Below, piece by piece: positions 57,818 to 64,000 of a DNA stretch of 64,000 nucleotides; the first letter of the stretch is position 1, and each line of letters begins with the position of its first letter. The DNA is from Phoronis australis. Its lineage: Eukaryota > Animalia > Phoronida. Made by a program: the position numbers and the translations under genes. The notes below the pieces were generated by a model. It was not told the origin of the DNA. It saw only the letters and a program-made list of their open reading frames with translations, and did not search any database. The stretch covers positions 10,541 to 74,540 of the forward strand of contig NMRA01000416.1 of assembly GCA_002633005.1 (NCBI GenBank), read 5' to 3'.

Positions 57818-58922
57818 TTGCATTCTCAAAAAGGCAATGAAAAATGAAGTTCTTAATTTGGCTCCTATTTAGAATGTACGCCCTAGGTTCTATTTCTGGA
57901 AACAAAAATTGAGATGATTGGAATAGTTGAGATGATAAGCTGAGAAATAGCAAGTGTTTATTTAAGGTGGAAGTACTGGCCTTATCACATGATATTAATC
58001 ATTTTTAGCAAAAGTTGTTAACCTTGTACCTTTAGTACATGTTAGGTTAACACAAGGGTTGAGCATATAGCAAATGTTTTTTAGTTAATGTGTAGAGATA
58101 CTGATTTTTGTGCAATAACCAAAAATGGACGGATTTCGGACTGAATTGACATATTTCCTGAGCAGATACTATAATTCTAATAAGTTTGGTTGTTTATTAT
58201 CAACATTTAAGAATGGAATCAAGTTCGACAGAAATTCATGTCGCAAGTCAATCCACAATAGTTCAAGTACCGTAATCGTTCGGGTTAACGCCCATGCTCA
58301 GTTAACCGCCCACCCCCTACTTTAGGTGAATTTCGATTTAACCGCCCACTGCTCAGTTAACCGCCCCCCTGCTATTTTTGAAGATTTCCAATTAACCGCC
58401 CACTGCTCGGTTAACCGCCCATCCCCTACTTTTGACGATTGGTGATTACCGCCCTGTGCTAATAGGAAANTTGCATTCTCAAAAAGGCAATGAAAAATAA
58501 AGTTCTTAATTTGGCTCCTATTTAGAATGTACGCCCTAGGTTCTATTTCTGGAAACAAAAATTGGGATGATTGGAATAGTTGAGATGATAAGCTGAGAAA
58601 TAGCAAGTGTTTATTTAAGCTGGAAGTACTGGCCTTATCACATGATATTAATCATTTTTAGCAAAAGTTGTTAACCTTGTACCTTTAATACATGTTAGGT
58701 TAACACAAGGGTTGAGTATATAGCAAATGTTTTTTAGTTAATGTGTGGAGATACTGGTTTTTGTGCAATAACCAAAAATGGACGGATTTCGGACTGAATT
58801 GACATATTTCCTGAGCAGATACTATAATTCTAATAAGTTTGGTTGTTTGTTATCAACATTTAAGAATGGAATCAAGTTCGACAGAAATTCATGTCGCAAG
58901 TCAATCCACAATAGTTCAAGTA
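57818..58922 (+). repeat. Near-identical 450-bp direct duplication separated by an N
   Basis: 57818-58269 versus 58471-58922 differ at only a few positions; N at 58470. Confidence 0.9.
58270..58469 (+). mobile_element. Tc1/mariner-pogo-like MITE left end (TA|CCGTA), truncated at an N
   Basis: TA|CCGTAATCGTTCGGGTTAACGCCC with repeated TTAACCGCCC subterminal motifs; related ends at 60606 and 62342. Confidence 0.75.
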
Positions 58923-60279
58923 GTTGTTCAGTCTTTCTGAAGGTGGCACTGTCCGCTTTTCAGTTTTTTTTAATTAAAACATCGTGTGCAGCATAACTTA
59001 ATGGAACTATGGCAATTCCCAGATCATTTTTATGTTTTATTATTTAGCACTTGGAAAAAGTAAAACGGAATTTTGCCAATTTACAAATGTTTGCCAACTA
59101 AGTTCAGTGAATTCATGGTGCTACGAGATACCTGCTGTTTCTTTTTTATCTTCAATTCTTTTTAAATCCTTTTTATTTTAACTGAAAATATGAGGCTTTT
59201 GTTTACATTTAATTACTTATTGTTCTTTTTTCTTTATTGATACAGTCATAGTCCATGATATTAAGCTGTGTTGTATCTAGTGTTTATTTTAGCCAGCTGG
59301 TGTCACCACCAGATCAATGTATTTTTAACTTAATACATAATAAAAGTGTTTCTTTTACATATTTTATTTCCACAACTCAGTTCATTCGTGGGTTGTGAAA
59401 ACAATCGTTAAATCTGGCTATGAAAAATTATTCAACTGACGTCAGTTGCTCTTATTAAAAATGCAGCGTCGGGTTGGCAACAATGTGTATACGCATGCTT
59501 ACGCAACAATCGGGAGTTCGACCTTTGACAAAATGGGTCTTGGTATATTTTCCAGGAGTATTATAAGCGTGAAAAGAGTGTACATCTTAAGACAGTCTGA
59601 AGTCACTTGATGATCTATTGATTTTCTCTTAGGATCATCTCAGACTAATGACCAAAGTATGACCACCTATTGTTTACTCATAGATTTCCACCTCCACAAC
59701 AGTGTCAAATGATTTCTTTGAGAAGGATCTTCTCTTTATCAATTATGTGTACAACATTCTTGTTCAAAATTTTTCAGAAGTTGTGTGCGTAAGCCATGCG
59801 CTTACCATAATAGTTGATCACTCTAGGGCTACCTTGACATCAGTCTTCACTTGTGAGTCAATTAAAACTTCAGTGGATGACAGACAATGACTTGTAATAT
59901 GGGTATCACAAGAATTTTTTGCCAAACTAGATTGATCTTTACTCAGTTTGTGAGTTATGTACTTGCTGGGAGCTAGCATCCATGAAGACATGGGCACTTT
60001 TAGGTAAATCTCAGTCGTGTAATTTTAGGATGGACGCTAAGCAGAGCATAGCGCTTAAAAGTTAGAATTGGAAATTTCTTGGGTGGGATGTGGGTGGAGC
60101 ATGGCTGTCAAAGTGGACAAATACGGTAATGCAAAATTTAATTATGAAATACCAATATATAGTATGCATGGTCTTTCTCTGACTGGAAATTGTCCATTAA
60201 TTGTGAATTGGCTAATTTTTTAAATATACAGTATTTATTTCAATACCAAAGTTTCTGAAAGAAGATTAATTTAATGTCA

Positions 60280-60460
60280 CTTTTGGGTAAGAAGCCACCA
60301 AACTCATCTGGTTTAACGTCAGGTCCCATCTTGGGAACAGGTGAACCGCCACTGGTCGGGATTTCGGTGTCTATGTGGTCATTGTCACGTGCACTCTTGA
60401 TTGTATGCCAGAGCAGGCCCACTGCTTGTTGTGATACCACCTCTGAGATAAGATAAGGCA
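60280..60460 (-). mobile_element. Possible DIRS-type tyrosine-recombinase relic
   Basis: One minus frame reads SRPVAVHLFPRWDLTL, resembling the DIRS YR 'RP....FP.WDL' segment. It is otherwise heavily decayed. Confidence 0.25.
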
Positions 60461-62341
60461 CCTGAGATCCCCTACACAAACAGCCATAGCGGATAAGGTT
60501 GAACAGAATCTAATTTATTTTAGACCTACTCTGTATCTCCTCTGCTCGATATCCATTTGTTGACAGTCATTAACCAATCCGAAGCACATTGTCAGCAAGA
60601 ACTACCGTAAACGTTCGGGTTAACGCCCTGTGCGGTTACATTGGCGAAGCCAAAAAATCGGGTGGGCGGTTAACCAGACATGGGCGCTTAAACGTGAAAT
60701 TTCAAGAAATCGCGGGTGGGCGATTACTACGACAGACAACCAGGATGGGTGGTTAATCTTACCTCATGATCCCAGTCCCTACAGGTAGTTGGAACGCGTA
60801 GCACTTTTCTGAGCTTTATCGGCACGTCGCCAAATGATGGTAAAAATGTCATAACAGCGGATGATCCCAACAAAGGTTCAGTTGCCCTCAGATTAATTAT
60901 TTCAGTTAAATGTATAAAATTGCTGAGTAATAGCACGTGCCGTCCTGCAGTCTTGTTAGAGCTGTACCTGTAGAGCGCAGACGACCAGTGACTATGCAGT
61001 GCTCCTCTTGGATTGCACCTATCCTCACGTGGTGACAGTGCAAAGTGCCCGCGTGCAAGCTTCATGTGCTGCATAGGTCACAGCAGTCATGTGTTAGCTG
61101 TCAAGTTCTGAGTTAGAGAGCAGTTTTAAATTATTTGTAATAAAGATTGAAAAACCAATTCAGGTGTTTTTTGTGTTTGGGATGTTTGTGTTCGAGACTC
61201 TATGATTCAATATTTTCAACGTAAGGTTCTGTGGCTGTTATATTTCGACCGCCTGGCAGAGGTAGGCAGACATAAGCCAGTCGTCAATCAAAAGTTACCG
61301 CAAAGGCATTACTCAAAAACAAGTATTTGAGATCTTAATTTTAAAAAATATGAACACTATGAATGGGATGAATCTGAGGAAGAAGTAGTTCATACATGTA
61401 CCTGCATCGGTAAAAATGATTCAAAGACGAAGCCTCCATTATTCGGGTAACCGGCACAAGTGGTTTGTTACAACGAGATAAATATAACTAGAGTTGACAT
61501 CACATGGTTTTCGTTGAGCGGAGTGGTCCGCCATCTTGCTGATGAACCATAGTAGGTCATGATGCCCGTGTATTGTGCAGCATTTAACTGCGTAACTGCA
61601 CACTGCATCATTCAATACCTGTAATGTAAGGCAGAAGCTCATTTTGTTCAAAGGCCAGTGAATTTTATGGTGGTCCTACAAAAACAGCATATTTGGTTCC
61701 AATTGTGATTTTGTGAAGTTGATGCGATGTGCTAGTTTTAAGTTGTCCAAATTTTGGAATAAAAAATTCGTATTATGCCAGCTTGAAGTTCAGAATGGGT
61801 CGGTATACGTTTTTCCCTGCATCGCTTGATGTCGTCTGAAATGGTTCAGTCTCTCTTTCCCCCTGTGTCACCTGATGCCAGCTGAATTTGGTCGATTTTT
61901 TCTGTCTATAAAAGGAGTCGGTGGTTTTCAAAATGACCCATACACAGGTCAGAACCAATTTTGTAATTTTTGACCTTTTCAGGTTTCAGCTACGGAATTT
62001 GTTTGAATTCCTGGCCAAAATCTTTGAAAAGGAGTGGATGCTTGTTGATGAAAATAACGATTTGCATTTTTCTTAATTCGCATATAATTATACCTTTGAA
62101 GCTATGTGCAACTGTTTTGAGCTGAAAATATAATTCAAATAAGACAAAATTGCAGGGGAGAATTAAACAGCAAAAACAATTGTTCATCTCATCTCCTCTC
62201 TAGAAAGCTGTGTCTAGTTTTTAGTGTTAACTTGCGAAGTTAAAAAACCTTAAACCTGTTGAACCCTGAAGTGGACATTAGCAAACCATGTTCTTCAGCC
62301 GGGGCTAGTTCGAATGGATAAGTCAACAGGAAATGGACTTA

Positions 62342-62462
62342 CCGTAATCGTTTGGGTTAACGCCCATGCTCAGTTAACCGCCCACCCCTACTTTAGGTGG
62401 ATTTTCGATTTAACCACCCACTGCTCGGTTAACCGCCCCCCTGCTATTTTTGAAGATTTCCA
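62342..62462 (+). mobile_element. Second copy of the TA|CCGTA MITE end, truncated at an N
   Basis: Nearly identical to 58270-58390; N at 62463. Confidence 0.75.
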
Positions 62463-64000
62463 NATTTGTGTTGAATACATGAAGTTTTAAAGAACATACG
62501 AACAGTGCAATGCGTTGTTTTTACACGCCATGGTAACTGGTTATTAGTGACTGTTTTTATTTTTTTAGTTGGTTTTAGCATTGCCTTCTCTGTCGGCCAA
62601 GCTACTTTTAAGATAATTATGTAAAATGACAGATATCTTCTCACGGGAAGAGGGCATATACCAACGATTTTTGGACGGCGCCAACTACTGTGGCGCCTCT
62701 TAGTGGCAGTTTTGTTTTTGTTTTGTGTGAGTTTTTGTAGTATTGCAATATGATAATGATGATTGAAATAAATTGAAACCTGTTTGGAATGGCATCTCAA
62801 TTAGCTGTTTGGAATGACATCTCGATGTGTTGTTTCTGAGTTCAAATGTTTTTGTTACCCTTGTCATTCTTAATGTGTTATTGATGGAAAATCTGCGATT
62901 CCACCGCATGATGCGCAGATCCAAGGGGGTACTTTGGTATAAACATTAACATTGTGTGTACTTTATTTAAAATTCTGAACCCACCCAATCACTGCTGTAT
63001 TTTGACACAGGGTCTGTGATACAATGGTTTAAATTTTGAGACAGTAGAGTGTCAAAATGTACGCAATTACGTTTCCACTTAGGATAAACACCCAAAGTAT
63101 CACTGAGGGTATCACCAACAGTCTTACAGATTTATTTGTGACGGCGCAAACATCGAATACAGGCTAAGACAATTTTTCCATTTTCATAAAACGCGTGTAC
63201 ATGTTCTTGGTTGATACAACCTGAAGTAGACAATTACAGCCAGTTTTAGGGACTGTCTATCCAAGCATATGGTACTTCGGTGGCCAGCAGTGTTTCAGGG
63301 AAATTCATAGGCAGATTTATGAGGGTGGGCCCGGGCCACCCCTCCCCTTCGCTACCGGAAAAAATAAAACAGCAAGAGCGTGAGGAAATATTTAGTTCAT
63401 TTACAAACCCCCGTACTAAACATGCGGTTGAAACAAGATATAACAGTGTGTGCAGTTTTAGTTTGTGTTTGCATGTGTTTGTGGGGTGGCTCAAACCAGA
63501 TTGCAACTGTCCAAGTCAGATCGCCGACGCAATCGGTTTCCCGTCTTTTTGTTTTTTTCCCTGAGCTACATTTTAGGCTGGGTGCGCCCACACAATCATG
63601 CTTTGTGCGATTCCCGGAGACAAAATGTTGGACCCGCCCTCTTTTGATATCCTGGATCCGCAACTGAAATTTCAGTTCATCTTGTTTCAAGGTTGAGGGG
63701 AAGTTCATAAAATTACATGAGGCATTAAATATGATCGCTTTGGGCTAAAGCTGACAAAAGTTAACTTCATGTATATTTTAGGAATGCAATGGTTGATGGG
63801 AGTGTCTCCTTTCCTGCTGATCATCTTATGTGGCTTATAAACTACTAGTAATCAAGTTCAGTACAATTATAAGCTTAACAAAACGAGTTAAGAACTAGAT
63901 TCTCACGTGGTTAATGAAGCCATCGAGGTATTTTTAAACAATTATAAAAACTATGCGGTGTAATTCATAAACCGGCAAGAAATCCCAGGCCATAACGGCA

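Noticed and set aside
58125-58996. Duplicated 66/72-aa ORF MDGFRTELTYF...
   Set aside because: It sits in a probable haplotype duplication, so the identity reflects allelism rather than selection.
60760-61180. Possible solo LTR with AATAAA
   Set aside because: I could not define TG...CA ends, a TSD or a second copy.

Overview
Eukaryotic, AT-rich and repeat-rich genomic DNA. It looks like a marine invertebrate, probably lophotrochozoan, but that is an inference from the repeat types. The main gene is a divergent RFX4/RFX6-class transcription factor on the minus strand. I reconstructed it by hand as 14 phase-compatible GT-AG coding exons (42963 down to 16371, about 605 aa), with the RFX DNA-binding domain and the B, C and dimerisation regions. 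Its largest intron (18974-29803) holds a tandem array of three ~2.57-kb units. Each unit carries an intronless 82-codon ORF on the opposite strand, with a TATA box, an ATTAAA signal and a dense cluster of TGACA/TGTCA motifs upstream. The copies show an excess of synonymous differences. This nested microprotein gene array is the best candidate for an undescribed system. The rest of the window is mostly mobile DNA: Kolobok-type TTAA elements and other THAP-domain remnants, RNase H-type LINE fragments, a Penelope fragment, hAT-like MITEs with 5- and 6-bp TSDs, fold-back MITEs, tRNA-derived SINE heads, and a Helentron-associated satellite with periodic CTCF-like motifs. The region from about 47 to 64 kb looks like the first intron of an unidentified plus-strand gene. 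All counts and alignments were done by eye; no database searches were run.
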